A DNA stretch of 64,000 nucleotides, taken from contig QCCU01000006.1 in the NCBI GenBank assembly GCA_003278855.1, positions 1,578-65,577 of the forward strand. Direction: 5' to 3'. Positions 52,806 to 63,552 of the stretch are shown piece after piece. This stretch comes from Prochlorococcus sp. AG-347-M23. Its GTDB lineage: Bacteria > Cyanobacteriota > Cyanobacteriia > PCC-6307 > Cyanobiaceae. Made by a program: the position numbers and the translations under genes. The first letter of the stretch is position 1; each line of letters starts with the position of its first letter. The notes under the pieces are model-generated. The model was not told the origin of the DNA. It searched no databases and saw only the letters and a program-made list of their open reading frames with translations.

Positions 52806-54788
52806 CTAATCCTTAAAATTATACTTATCAGAAGTCAATAATTTCCAGTCTCCTTGTCCATTTAATTCTAAAATATTCTCGTGAAAATCTTTTAAGCTAG
52901 GTCTATGTCCAACACTAATGAGAGAAAGTTCTCGTTCCTTTAGTAAACTATATAGTTTTTTTTCAGTGTTAATATCTAAAGCACTTGTTGCTTCGTCAAG
53001 TACTGCAAATCTTGGAGAATTTAGTAATAGTCTTGCAAAAGCCAATCTTTGCTGTTCGCCTAGGGAAAGAATTCGTGGCCAATCTTGTTTGATATCAAGA
53101 TTAGGATATCGATCTACTAAGGTTTGTAAATTTACTTCATGAAGTACAGAAGTCAAATGTTCATCACTAAATTTCTTAACTTCTGTGGGATAACATAATT
53201 GTTCCCTTAAAGAACCTAGTAACATATATGGTTTTTGAGGTATGAATAATAATTCCCCAATTTTTGGTTTTTTTACTACTCCCTGATCGGGTTCCCATAA
53301 ACCACTAATCATTCTTAGTAAAGATGTTTTACCGCACCCAGATGGTCCTACAACCAACAATGATTGATTATTATCGATGCTTAAATTTAAATTTTTAATT
53401 ATTGTTTTATTTGATCCTGGTGGGCATAGGTCAGCATTATTAATAAGAATTGAGGGGTAATCTGAAATAACGTTTTGATTGCTTGTTGGGTTGGTTTGAC
53501 TAATGGATTCAACTTTTGATTGGAATCCTTCTAATCTGCCAATACCAGCAGTAAATTTTGCAAGTTCTTCGATTTGATTAACAATGAAAAATAACGAACC
53601 TTCAACCATTCCAAATGCAAAGCTTGCCTGAATAAAGCGTCCATAATCAATATCACCTTTAAAGTAAGGGATTGCCATTATTAAATATGGAAAGAAATTT
53701 CCAGCATAATTAATGGATCTTCTCATTACGTCTATTATTACTCTCCATATAATCAGTAAATTAAAGTTTCTCACCACTTCTCCTAAGCGTCTTTCAGTTT
53801 CACTTCGCTCAGGATTCTCTCCAGAGTAAAAGGCTATTGATTCAGCATTATCTCGAATATGTACTAAGCCATATCGAAAATCTGCTTCATATCTGAGTTG
53901 ATCAAAGTCAATCTTTACAAGATTTTTTCCAGCAATTAAGAGGATAGAAGTTGCAAATGCGGCGTAACCAAATAAAGAAAAAGTAAGTGTTGTACTAATA
54001 CTCCATAAAATAAGAATATTAAGTGAAAATGTTAGTAGGGCATCAAAAATACCTAATGTGAAAGAGAGACTTTGCCCTGTAAAAGCTCGGGTATCATCTG
54101 TAATTCTTTGATCGGGATTATCTACATCGGTTTGTTCTTCATCATTTGGATTTAACTGGTAATAAGCTTTATTAGTCATATAATCTTTGACTAAACTTTT
54201 TGAAAGCCATTCTCTCCAAATTATTCCTAACTTATATGTAAAAAATATTTGGGAAACCCGTATTGGTAGAGCCACAGCGAAACAACAAGCGTAAATCCCT
54301 AATATCCGATAAAATCCATCTTCTTGTTTTTCTACTAAAGCATTTGTTAAATCTCTTGCAATGAATCCAATACCTGCGTTTATTCCGTTTACAGCTAAAA
54401 GCATTAATACAATTATCGCAAGGAATAACCAATGTAGCCATCTACGGTTTTTTAATTGACGTCTTAAGCTAAAAAAGCTTCCTGATCCAATTAGAAATAA
54501 TGCAGAGAAAAGCAATCCCCAACTCCCAGCCCAAATTGAATTGACAGTATTTACTACACCTCCGAAATACTTTTCAAGAAAAATTGGTTGAAAGCTTTCA
54601 AAAAAACTTATTATTCCTGTTAGACCAACAAGTACTACTCCACCAACACAAAATAAAAGAGAAATCAAGAGCCATATAAATTGGAATCCATTACATTGAT
54701 CTATGGGAAGGAAAAAAGGTTGAGATAGCTTCCTTAATTTTTGTAATTGGTACAGTATTTTAGATTTATTATTAACTGCTTTATTCAT
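52806..54788 (-). CDS. Fused ABC transporter permease/ATPase (YddA/BacA/ABCD-like)
   Basis: NPDQRI, EADFRYGL, GPSGCGKTS, LSLGEQQR, LDEATS. Confidence 0.93.
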   Translation of the reverse strand: MNKAVNNKSKILYQLQKLRKLSQPFFLPIDQCNGFQFIWLLISLLFCVGGVVLVGLTGIISFFESFQPIFLEKYFGGVVNTVNSIWAGSWGLLFSALFLIGSGSFFSLRRQLKNRRWLHWLFLAIIVLMLLAVNGINAGIGFIARDLTNALVEKQEDGFYRILGIYACCFAVALPIRVSQIFFTYKLGIIWREWLSKSLVKDYMTNKAYYQLNPNDEEQTDVDNPDQRITDDTRAFTGQSLSFTLGIFDALLTFSLNILILWSISTTLTFSLFGYAAFATSILLIAGKNLVKIDFDQLRYEADFRYGLVHIRDNAESIAFYSGENPERSETERRLGEVVRNFNLLIIWRVIIDVMRRSINYAGNFFPYLIMAIPYFKGDIDYGRFIQASFAFGMVEGSLFFIVNQIEELAKFTAGIGRLEGFQSKVESISQTNPTSNQNVISDYPSILINNADLCPPGSNKTIIKNLNLSIDNNQSLLVVGPSGCGKTSLLRMISGLWEPDQGVVKKPKIGELLFIPQKPYMLLGSLREQLCYPTEVKKFSDEHLTSVLHEVNLQTLVDRYPNLDIKQDWPRILSLGEQQRLAFARLLLNSPRFAVLDEATSALDINTEKKLYSLLKERELSLISVGHRPSLKDFHENILELNGQGDWKLLTSDKYNFKD

Positions 54789-54830
54789 TACTCGGCTAGT
54801 GTTATGAAATAAATTATAACTTTTAGCAGT

Positions 54831-55109
54831 CTATTGACCAAAGCCAATCAATGAAAGTGCCCACTCAGGTAAATTCAAGTAATTCATGATTGTTGCATCA
54901 AATTCATGAACTTTTGGAAAAGATTTATCTAATGCCCACCATAGTAGAAAAGGTAAATTAAATAAAATTTGTAATTGCCATTTATAAGTTATAACGTTCC
55001 AAATTTTTATTAACTTCGTTTTGAGAGAATCATCTAGCTCTGCCCAATTTTTTGAAATTAAATTGAATAAATTTTTAGATTCTGTATTTAAGGACTCAGG
55101 AGTATTCAT
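54831..55109 (-). CDS. Conserved hypothetical protein
   Basis: 92-aa Trp-rich ORF in the same orientation as its neighbours. Confidence 0.7.
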   Translation of the reverse strand: MNTPESLNTESKNLFNLISKNWAELDDSLKTKLIKIWNVITYKWQLQILFNLPFLLWWALDKSFPKVHEFDATIMNYLNLPEWALSLIGFGQ

Positions 55110-55155
55110 TTTGTTTTTATTTATTTATAACCCATTAATATTTCTTTCGAGAGTT

Positions 55156-55497
55156 TTAACCTGGAGGCCAATTCATTTTTCTTCCAGATAAAAAATGAAT
55201 ATGTAAATGAAAAACTGTTTGTCCCGATTCTGCGCCAGTATTAATTACTGTTCTCCAATTAGTTAAATTTTTTGATTTAGCTATTTTGCTACCAACAAAA
55301 AGTAAATGTCCTAATAAATTTGAATCTTGCTCAATACACTCTAATAAACTGATTATTGGCTTTTTAGGAATCACTAAAAAATGTACTGGAGCTTGTGCCT
55401 GGATATCATTAAACGCAATACAAAACTTATCTTCATAAAGCTTATCGCAGGGTATTTCTTCATTAATGATTTTTTGAAATATTGTTGTTTCAGTCAT
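55156..55497 (-). CDS. HIT family nucleotide-binding protein
   Basis: PQAP-like QAPVHFLVIPK, GQTVFHLHIHFLSGR. Confidence 0.95.
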   Translation of the reverse strand: MTETTIFQKIINEEIPCDKLYEDKFCIAFNDIQAQAPVHFLVIPKKPIISLLECIEQDSNLLGHLLFVGSKIAKSKNLTNWRTVINTGAESGQTVFHLHIHFLSGRKMNWPPG

Positions 55498-55501
55498 TAA
55501 A

Positions 55502-56107
55502 TTAATTAATTGAGATAACGTCTTTTTCGTTAAACCCTTCTTTTAAAAGTTCTTTGTTCAAATCATCTTTTGATGTAACTCTATCTACAAATAATATTCC
55601 ATTTAAGTGATCCATTTCGTGTTGAATACATCTCGCCAGAAGTCCATCTGCTTTCATTTTACGAGGTCGTCCCATTTCATCTCTAAATTTTAATTTTATA
55701 GTTGATGGTCTTACTACATTCAAATAGACGCCAGGTATACTCAAGCAGCCCTCTTCGTATGAATTAAGGGTTGTTCCAAAGTCCGTAATTTCTGGATTGA
55801 TTAATATTAGAGGTTCTGCTGCTGAATCTTCAAAATTTACATCTATAACAAGAAGCTCTTTGTTGATACCAATTTGAGGTGCGGCAAGTCCAATTCCTTT
55901 AGCTGCATACATGCTTTGAAGCATTTCTCTAGCAAGTTTTCTAACCGATTCGTCAACCTTAGTTATTCTTTTGGAATTTTGTCTTAATACATCATCACCA
56001 AGTTTATAAATATCTAGAGATGGCTTACCTGTTTGTTCTTTTGCAATTTTTTCTGAGCTTCCATTTGTTCTTGACTTTTTTGCAAGTTGTGAGAAATGGT
56101 TTGCCAC
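55502..56107 (-). CDS. def: Peptide deformylase
   Basis: GIGLAAPQ, EGCLS, QHEMDH. Confidence 0.97.
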   Translation of the reverse strand: MANHFSQLAKKSRTNGSSEKIAKEQTGKPSLDIYKLGDDVLRQNSKRITKVDESVRKLAREMLQSMYAAKGIGLAAPQIGINKELLVIDVNFEDSAAEPLILINPEITDFGTTLNSYEEGCLSIPGVYLNVVRPSTIKLKFRDEMGRPRKMKADGLLARCIQHEMDHLNGILFVDRVTSKDDLNKELLKEGFNEKDVISIN

Positions 56108-56183
56108 GTTAAAAAAGTTTTTAATTAAAAGTTTAGCTATAAAAATACTAGCACTTTAATTTACTTTCTTTATATTTTTATAA

Positions 56184-58109
56184 ATGAGTAATGATGATAA
56201 GTTAAAAGTCAGGCAAACTGATTGTAAAAAAAATGCTTTCAAGGAATTAACTATTATTAGGGATACCATTTTTTGGATTGATGTTGTTGGTGAAGGTCAA
56301 AATGAAAATGCCATTTTTGCAAGACCATTTAATTTCAAAGAAGCGTTTCCCCAGCAATTAACAAGTAAAAAATTCAATATTAAAAATAATTTTCATGGAT
56401 ATGGTGGTAAATCTTATAAATGTATAAATTTTAAAAATAGTTTTTATTTGATATGGATAGATCAGATTACCAAGGCAATATGGTTTCAAATTTTTAAAGA
56501 GGCAGCGTCAACTTATAGAAGCCAAAAAAAATATCTCATTTCAGTTCAAGAACCTAGACAATTATCTAAATCAATTGATGTAAATTTTGATTCTTCATTT
56601 GTCATTTCTGAAAAAAATTTATTGTATGGAATTTGCGAAATAAATAATAGAGATTATTTATTTTCTTTAAATTTAAAAAAAACCAAACAAGATATTCATC
56701 GAATAAAAAAATTTAAAAATTTTGCTGGAGAATTATCTTCTAATACATCTGCCAACTTACTTTCTTGGATAGAGTGGGATTCGCCATATATGCCCTGGGA
56801 GAAAAATGAGCTTTTTTTTGCTCAAATAAATTTAGATGGCGAGATACAAAAAATAAAAAAATTCTCAAATAAGCTGATAAATTCAAAAAAAAATGTTTCT
56901 TTTTGTCAACCCTATTGGATAAGTGAAACACATTTGGTATGTTCTGAAGATAGTTCTGGATGGTGGAACTTATTGTTTTTAGATGTTAGTGAAATTGAGA
57001 ATATTTTCATTAAGAAAAAAGTCGAGAGAAATTTGATTGAATATGGAGCACCACAATGGGCATCTGGAAAAGCATTTTTTTCAGGGACTATTAAAAATTT
57101 ATTTTGTGTATCAAAAAAAGAAAATAGTTTAATAGTAGAACAATATAAAGATCTTGAATTTGTTAAGGAATTTTCTACTCCTTTTACCTCAATAAGTGAT
57201 TTCAGTGTTTTTCGAAAAAAAGTTCTTTTAAAAGGTTATGGATCTGATTTTTTGGGAATTGTATTTGAAATTGATTTTGCAAAAAAAGTTTTATCAAATG
57301 TTTTTGAGAAAATAAATGTTGAATATATAAAACATTGTTCAAAACCTGAATCTCTTTGGTTTAAGGGTTTTGAAGATAAATCAACTCATTGTTTTCTTTA
57401 TAGACCGCTTGTTGAAAATTTTAGAAAGCCACCGCTCCTTGTTAGAGCGCATAGCGGACCAACTTCATTTTTTGATGGATCATATAATTCTGAAGTTCAA
57501 TATTGGACGTCGAAGGGATTTTTTGTTGCTGAAGTCAATTATGGAGGATCATCAGGATTTGGCAAAGCATATAGAGAGAGGTTGAACTATAAATGGGGTA
57601 TTGTTGATTCTTATGATTGCAAAGCACTAGCTCTTGAATTGATTAAATCAAATCAAGTTGATAGTGAAAAAGTAGTAATTTTAGGGAATAGTGCTGGTGG
57701 GTTAACTGCATTGAATTGTTTATTATATGGGTCTATTTTTAAAGCAGCAATCTGTAAATATCCTGTTATTGATTTGAAGGATATGCATTACAACACTCAT
57801 AGGTTTGAAAAAGATTATTTAAATTCTTTGGTAGGAAATTATGCAAAAAACCATGATGATTATATAAATAGATCACCGATAAATCATATTAACAAAATAA
57901 AAAAACCTATCTTATTGTTTCATGGAAAACAAGATACAGTTATTTCTTATAAACAAACTTTAAAAATTCAAGAAATTTTGATGCAGAATAATAAATATTC
58001 AGAAGTTATTTTTTTTGATAATGAAGGGCATGGTTTTAAAAATATTGAAAATAAAGAATTAGTAATGCAAAAATCTCAGGAATTTTTAAAAAATGCTTTG
58101 AATATTTAA
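56184..58109 (+). CDS. S9 family (prolyl oligopeptidase-like) peptidase
   Basis: HSGPT, NYGGSSGFG, GNSAGG nucleophile, D, EGHGF. Confidence 0.92.
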   Translation: MSNDDKLKVRQTDCKKNAFKELTIIRDTIFWIDVVGEGQNENAIFARPFNFKEAFPQQLTSKKFNIKNNFHGYGGKSYKCINFKNSFYLIWIDQITKAIWFQIFKEAASTYRSQKKYLISVQEPRQLSKSIDVNFDSSFVISEKNLLYGICEINNRDYLFSLNLKKTKQDIHRIKKFKNFAGELSSNTSANLLSWIEWDSPYMPWEKNELFFAQINLDGEIQKIKKFSNKLINSKKNVSFCQPYWISETHLVCSEDSSGWWNLLFLDVSEIENIFIKKKVERNLIEYGAPQWASGKAFFSGTIKNLFCVSKKENSLIVEQYKDLEFVKEFSTPFTSISDFSVFRKKVLLKGYGSDFLGIVFEIDFAKKVLSNVFEKINVEYIKHCSKPESLWFKGFEDKSTHCFLYRPLVENFRKPPLLVRAHSGPTSFFDGSYNSEVQYWTSKGFFVAEVNYGGSSGFGKAYRERLNYKWGIVDSYDCKALALELIKSNQVDSEKVVILGNSAGGLTALNCLLYGSIFKAAICKYPVIDLKDMHYNTHRFEKDYLNSLVGNYAKNHDDYINRSPINHINKIKKPILLFHGKQDTVISYKQTLKIQEILMQNNKYSEVIFFDNEGHGFKNIENKELVMQKSQEFLKNALNI

Positions 58110-59359
58110 GAATTGATTTTTAGAAAATCAATAGTATCTTTTAATTTTTCTATAAACATATCAATTTCTTCCTTATTGGTTGTGAAATTCATGCTGATTC
58201 TAGCTGTTGATTTAATTCCAATGTATCTGTGAAGAGGTTGACAGCAATGGTGGCCACTTCTGATGCAAATTCCTTTTGAATCAAGAATTTCAGCAATATC
58301 ATTTGAATGTATATTTTTTATATAAAAGGTGGCAAGTGAGGCTCTCTCAGGATCTATCTCCGGTGATGGACCTATGATTTCAATATTTTCTACTAGATTT
58401 AATTTTTCAAATAAATATTTAGTAATAGTCTTTTCATATTCATGAATTACATTCAATCCAATATTGTTAATATAATTAACTGCTTCAGCAAGACCTATTG
58501 CTTCAGCAATGGCTGGAGTTCCAGCCTCAAATTTGTGTGGTAGCTCTGCCCAAGTACTTGTCTTTTCAAAAACATCTTGAATCATTTCGCCACCTCCAAA
58601 GAGAGGAGGAATTTTTTCTAGGATTTCTTTTCTTGACCAGAGGAAACCAATACCTGTAGGACCGCATAATTTATGTCCTGATCCAGCTAAAAAATCTATA
58701 TTAAGATCAATCACATCTAGTTTTTGATGAGCCAAACTTTGGCATGCATCTATTAACACTAAAGCACCTTTTTGTTTAGCTAATTTAGTTATTTCTTTGA
58801 TTGGATTACAGCAACCTAGAGTATTACTAACGTGTACTATGCTAACAAGTTTAGTTCTAGATGTTAGTTTTGATTTAAAGTCTTCTATATCTAATTTCCC
58901 ATCTTTATCAATACCTATAAACTTTAATTTGCATTTATTTTTTGCTGCAACCATTTGCCATGGAACAATATTGCTATGATGCTCCATTATTGATAAGAGA
59001 ATTTCATCATCTTCTTTTAATGAATATTCGCCCCAAGATCTAGCTACTAGATTGATCGCCTCAGTAGCATTTCTTGTGAAAATAATTTCTTTTGCTGAAT
59101 TCGAATTGATATATTTACTAATTAAATATCGTGCATTTTCAAATTCTTCTGTTGCTTTAGCACTTAATTGATGTGCCCCTCTATGTACATTGGCATTAAA
59201 GTTTTTGTAATATTCATCAATTTTTTTTAGGACTTGTATTGGTTTTTGTGTGGTTGCAGCATGGTCTAAATAAATAATTTGCTCATTACTTTTTGAGTTC
59301 TTATTTAAAAGAGGAAAGTCTTTCTTCGTTATTTCAGGAAAATTTTGAATTGTTTCCAT
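58106..59359 (-). CDS. sufS: SufS cysteine desulfurase
   Basis: YLDHAAT, SGHK, RSGHHC. Confidence 0.96.
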   Translation of the reverse strand: METIQNFPEITKKDFPLLNKNSKSNEQIIYLDHAATTQKPIQVLKKIDEYYKNFNANVHRGAHQLSAKATEEFENARYLISKYINSNSAKEIIFTRNATEAINLVARSWGEYSLKEDDEILLSIMEHHSNIVPWQMVAAKNKCKLKFIGIDKDGKLDIEDFKSKLTSRTKLVSIVHVSNTLGCCNPIKEITKLAKQKGALVLIDACQSLAHQKLDVIDLNIDFLAGSGHKLCGPTGIGFLWSRKEILEKIPPLFGGGEMIQDVFEKTSTWAELPHKFEAGTPAIAEAIGLAEAVNYINNIGLNVIHEYEKTITKYLFEKLNLVENIEIIGPSPEIDPERASLATFYIKNIHSNDIAEILDSKGICIRSGHHCCQPLHRYIGIKSTARISMNFTTNKEEIDMFIEKLKDTIDFLKINS

Positions 59360-60576
59360 TAATCCTCATTTAAAAGTTTATCAAGCAAATCCCATTTATC
59401 TTTTGAAATGGGAATAAATGAAATTATTTCTTGAAAGTAAGAACTTAATTGTAGTTTACTTGCTTGTGTTAATGTGATCCCTCTTGTTCTCATATAAAAA
59501 AGTTCTTCTTCATTTAGTTGCGAAATTGTAGCCCCATGTTTGCATTTGACATCATCAGCAATTATTTCTAATTGAGGTTTGGTATCTATTTGTGCGAGAT
59601 TTGACAAAAGTAAATTTCTGCTTAATTGGGAAGCATCAGTTCTTTGGGCAATTTTCGGAACTATTATTGAACCTTCAAATATTGCATGTGATTTATTATC
59701 AGCAAGTGATTTATTAATTTGATCTAGAAATCCATTTGGGCCATTAAATTCTATTTTTGTATAGGTTGAAATCTGCTCATCTTTTTTTGTTATTTGCATA
59801 CCTTTGATATTTGTTTTGGCGTTTCCAGCAGATTGTTTAATACTAATTTCAAATCTCGCATAATTGAATTTGAAATGTAAAGATCCTAAGTTGTATGTAC
59901 TATTTTTTTGTTGAATCACATTAAGAGAATTTAATAGATTGGATCTGTTTTCACCGTAAGAAACAACACCATGATTTACGGAACTATTCTCTCTCAAGCA
60001 AAAGAAAGTTGATTGAGATAATGAAGAGTTTTCTTTACCAAGATTTACTTGTAATAATTCAATATCGCAATTCTTTTCTAAAAATATTACTAGGGTTTTT
60101 GCTTTTAAAGAATTACTTGATGCGTGACTAAAAATTTCAATAGGAGGAATTTTTGATCCATTTATTTTTAACCCCAAAATATTATTTTTACAACTTAAAG
60201 ACAGATTTAGTAGGTCACTCCAATTTTCGTTTTGCTTAAAAAAAGATATCTGTTCCTTGATATATTTTTGTAATTCATCCTCACTTAATTGCTGTATTGA
60301 ATAATTTTTATCTATTAATTTAATTTGGCACTTATCACCAATTATTAATCTAATAGTACTTTGAGAATCTTTCGGAAATGGTATATCAAATTTTGAATCT
60401 TTTTCATTAATTGAGTAATCTAAAAAGTTTGACAATTTTGATTTACTTGAAAGTCTCCATAGTTCATTTTTAGGATTAGGGAGAGGGCTTGATTGTAATT
60501 TATGAAGACAGATTTTTTGTATTTCTGTTAGGTTATCATCCGATTTATTAGTTTTTATTTTTTCAATAATTTCCAT
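59359..60576 (-). CDS. sufD: Fe-S cluster assembly protein SufD
   Basis: PQLEIIADDVKCKHGAT, YMRTRGI. Confidence 0.93.
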   Translation of the reverse strand: MEIIEKIKTNKSDDNLTEIQKICLHKLQSSPLPNPKNELWRLSSKSKLSNFLDYSINEKDSKFDIPFPKDSQSTIRLIIGDKCQIKLIDKNYSIQQLSEDELQKYIKEQISFFKQNENWSDLLNLSLSCKNNILGLKINGSKIPPIEIFSHASSNSLKAKTLVIFLEKNCDIELLQVNLGKENSSLSQSTFFCLRENSSVNHGVVSYGENRSNLLNSLNVIQQKNSTYNLGSLHFKFNYARFEISIKQSAGNAKTNIKGMQITKKDEQISTYTKIEFNGPNGFLDQINKSLADNKSHAIFEGSIIVPKIAQRTDASQLSRNLLLSNLAQIDTKPQLEIIADDVKCKHGATISQLNEEELFYMRTRGITLTQASKLQLSSYFQEIISFIPISKDKWDLLDKLLNED

Positions 60577-60580
60577 TTGT

Positions 60581-61366
60581 TTAGGTCTCTTTTATAAAGT
60601 TATCAGTCCATTCATACCCTTTTTCCTCAAGCTCTAGAGCAAGATCACTATCACCAGTTTTTATGATTTGACCGTCTGACATAACATGGACATAATTTGG
60701 CTTAATTTCATCTAATAATCTTTGATAGTGGGTAATAAGTATAATTCCAGTTTGTGCATTAGATATTTTTTTAATTCCTGATGCCACTATTCTTAGAGCA
60801 TCGATATCTAGACCAGAATCGGTCTCGTCTAATATTGCTATCTTGGGTTCAAGTAAAGCCATTTGCAGAATCTCATTTCTTTTTTTTTCACCTCCGGAAA
60901 AGCCTTGATTTACACTCCTTGATAGGAATGCGTGATCCATTTTCACAATTTCTAACTTTTCTTTAACTAATTCTTCAAAATCAAAAGTATCCAATTCTTC
61001 TTTGTTGAGGAATTTCCTTCTAGCATTAGTTGAAACTCTAAGAAACTCAAGATTACTTACACCTGGAATCTCAATTGGATATTGAAAACCAAGAAAAATT
61101 CCAGATTGAGATCTCTCTTCAGGTTCTAGAGAATTGATGTTTTCACCTAAAAATTTAATGTCGCCATTTGTAATATTATACGAGGGATGTCCTGCAATGA
61201 TTTTCGAAAGAGTACTTTTGCCACATCCATTTCTTCCCATAATGGCATGAATTTCTCCAGGATATACAGTAAGTGAAACCCCTTTTAAAATTGGAAGATT
61301 ATCAGTAGATGCAGAGAGATTTTCAACTTCTAAAATTGGATCTGATTCTTTCATTTTACTTTGCAT
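60581..61366 (-). CDS. sufC: Fe-S cluster assembly ATPase SufC
   Basis: [33 protein letters not shown]. Confidence 0.97.
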   Translation of the reverse strand: MQSKMKESDPILEVENLSASTDNLPILKGVSLTVYPGEIHAIMGRNGCGKSTLSKIIAGHPSYNITNGDIKFLGENINSLEPEERSQSGIFLGFQYPIEIPGVSNLEFLRVSTNARRKFLNKEELDTFDFEELVKEKLEIVKMDHAFLSRSVNQGFSGGEKKRNEILQMALLEPKIAILDETDSGLDIDALRIVASGIKKISNAQTGIILITHYQRLLDEIKPNYVHVMSDGQIIKTGDSDLALELEEKGYEWTDNFIKET

Positions 61367-61387
61367 TTCAGTTTAGAAATTGATTAA

Positions 61388-62830
61388 TTAACCTACTGAT
61401 CCCTCTAGTTTAAGTGCCAGTAACTTATCTGCTTCAGCAGCAAATTCCATAGGTAATTGATTAAATACATCTCTGCAAAAACCGCTAACCATCATAGATA
61501 CTGCTTCTTCAAATTCTATACCTCTGCTTTGGAGATAAAAAAGTTGGTCTTCTGAGATTCTACATGTGCTTGCTTCATGTTCAATTTCAGAATTGGGTTG
61601 TTGAGATTTGATGTAAGGGAACGTATTTGCAGAAGCTTGATCCCCTATTAACATTGAATCACATTGACTGTAATTTCTTGATCCTGTAGCTTTTGTCCCC
61701 ATTTTGACAAGACCTCTATAGCTATTTTTTGACTTACCTGCACTAATACCTTTGCTAACAATAGTTGATTTGGTCTTAGGACCAATATGGATCATTTTTG
61801 TGCCGGTATCTGCTTGCTGGAGATTATTGGTGAGAGCCACTGAATAAAATTCTCCTATAGATTCTTCCCCTAAAAGAAGACAGCTAGGATATTTCCATGT
61901 AATTGCAGACCCTGTTTCAACTTGAGACCAGCTAATTTTACTTCTCTTACCTAAACATTTTCCTCTCTTAGTGACAAAATTAAAAATTCCGCCAATTCCT
62001 TCTTCATCACCAGCATACCAATTTTGCACTGTTGAATATTTTATTGAGGCGTCGTCTAGTGCTATAAGCTCTACAACTGCTGCATGTAGGGTATTTGTAT
62101 CAAACATTGGAGCTGTACAACCTTCTAGATAACTTACAGAACTTGATTCTTCAGCAATGATTAGTGTTCTTTCGAATTGTCCTGAATCTCCACTATTAAT
62201 TCTGAAGTAGGAAGATAGATCCATAGGGCAGGTAACGCCTTTAGGGATATAAACAAAAGAGCCATCACTAAAAACTGCAGAATTTAGTGCTGCAAAATAA
62301 TTATCACTAGCTGGAACTACTGTACCTAAATATTTTTCAATCAAATCCGCGTGATTTTTTACTGCTTCACTAATTGAGCAAAATATAACTCCATGTTCAG
62401 CAAGTTCTTCTCTAAAAGTTGTGGCTATAGAAACACTATCAAAGACAGCATCTACTGCTACATTTGTGAGTTTTTTTTGCTCTGTGAGGGGTATTCCTAA
62501 TTTATCAAAAGTCTCAAGAAGTTTGGGATCAACTTCATCTAAGCTAGAAATTTTCTCTTTTTGTTTAGGAGCAGAGTAATAAATAATATCTTGATAATCA
62601 ATTTTTTTATATCCTAATGCTGCCCAATCAGGCTCTTTCATTTTTTGCCATTTTTTAAAGGCTTTTAATCTAAAATCAAGAAGAAATTTTGGCTCTTCTT
62701 TTTTCTGTGAAATTAATTTTATGATATCTTCATTTAATCCCTTTTCTATTTTTTCAGTTTCAATATCAGTAACGAAACCATATTTATAAGGCTCTTTTAC
62801 TACATCTTTAACTAAATTTTCGTTGACCAT
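61388..62830 (-). CDS. sufB: Fe-S cluster assembly protein SufB
   Basis: YKYGF, GQFERT, YLEGC, WKYPS, HEA, LEGSVG. Confidence 0.97.
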   Translation of the reverse strand: MVNENLVKDVVKEPYKYGFVTDIETEKIEKGLNEDIIKLISQKKEEPKFLLDFRLKAFKKWQKMKEPDWAALGYKKIDYQDIIYYSAPKQKEKISSLDEVDPKLLETFDKLGIPLTEQKKLTNVAVDAVFDSVSIATTFREELAEHGVIFCSISEAVKNHADLIEKYLGTVVPASDNYFAALNSAVFSDGSFVYIPKGVTCPMDLSSYFRINSGDSGQFERTLIIAEESSSVSYLEGCTAPMFDTNTLHAAVVELIALDDASIKYSTVQNWYAGDEEGIGGIFNFVTKRGKCLGKRSKISWSQVETGSAITWKYPSCLLLGEESIGEFYSVALTNNLQQADTGTKMIHIGPKTKSTIVSKGISAGKSKNSYRGLVKMGTKATGSRNYSQCDSMLIGDQASANTFPYIKSQQPNSEIEHEASTCRISEDQLFYLQSRGIEFEEAVSMMVSGFCRDVFNQLPMEFAAEADKLLALKLEGSVG

Positions 62831-62925
62831 GCTATCAAAAATAACTTATTACAATTAGCTTTATATACTTTAACGAAAGATACCCCCAATATTGAGTTTT
62901 TTTCCTTTATTAAAACTAAAAATTA

Positions 62926-63279
62926 ATGTCTAATCATCTTGATCCCTTGTCTAACCCATTAAATATAGAAACTATTCAAGAAATTGATAATCTTGATCTA
63001 CCTATAATGCAGAAACATCATTTAAGAATACTCGCTCATTGCCTTCAGATTTTAAAAATTATCAATTTAGAAAATAGTTTGGAATATCAAAATAAAAATC
63101 TTCTGAGAGAATGGTGTGATAACCAATCCAAAAAATTTGATGATAAAAAATTTAGTGATCTTTTTTATGAGCAGTTAGAATCAACTTCGAACAAATTAAG
63201 TACTTTTTCAAAAAAAATAGGCAAAAGTATTGAGGATTTAGAGATAGATGATTTAGTACTTTTAGTTAAACAAAGCTGA
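62926..63279 (+). CDS. Conserved hypothetical protein
   Basis: 117-aa ORF, QKHHLRILAHCL; divergent from sufB. Confidence 0.78.
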   Translation: MSNHLDPLSNPLNIETIQEIDNLDLPIMQKHHLRILAHCLQILKIINLENSLEYQNKNLLREWCDNQSKKFDDKKFSDLFYEQLESTSNKLSTFSKKIGKSIEDLEIDDLVLLVKQS

Positions 63280-63552
63280 ATTCTCTTTTATTAAACTGAT
63301 CCCGAAGAAAAAATATATTTTTGTTGAGTCGTTAACAAATTCAGGTAATAAAATTTAAAAAAAAAGAAAATTAATTTACATTTCAAAAAGATCTGAAAAT
63401 TAATTAATTTCATTGATACCAACTGTTTTGAAGAGAAATATCAATTTTGATAATTTTTTAGTAGTCAGAGGATCCTGACGACAGGCCAAAAAGACACACA
63501 ATTCCTAAAAAAAAAGAACATACTGATCCCAAACAAAAACGGAGAATCTAAA

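Noticed and set aside
341-60966. Many 60-112 aa ORFs nested in or antisense to core genes (e.g. 6477-6719, 13528-13842, 33582-33920, 38165-38434, 42114-42383)
   Set aside because: Shadow frames of well-supported genes, with no motifs or independent signals
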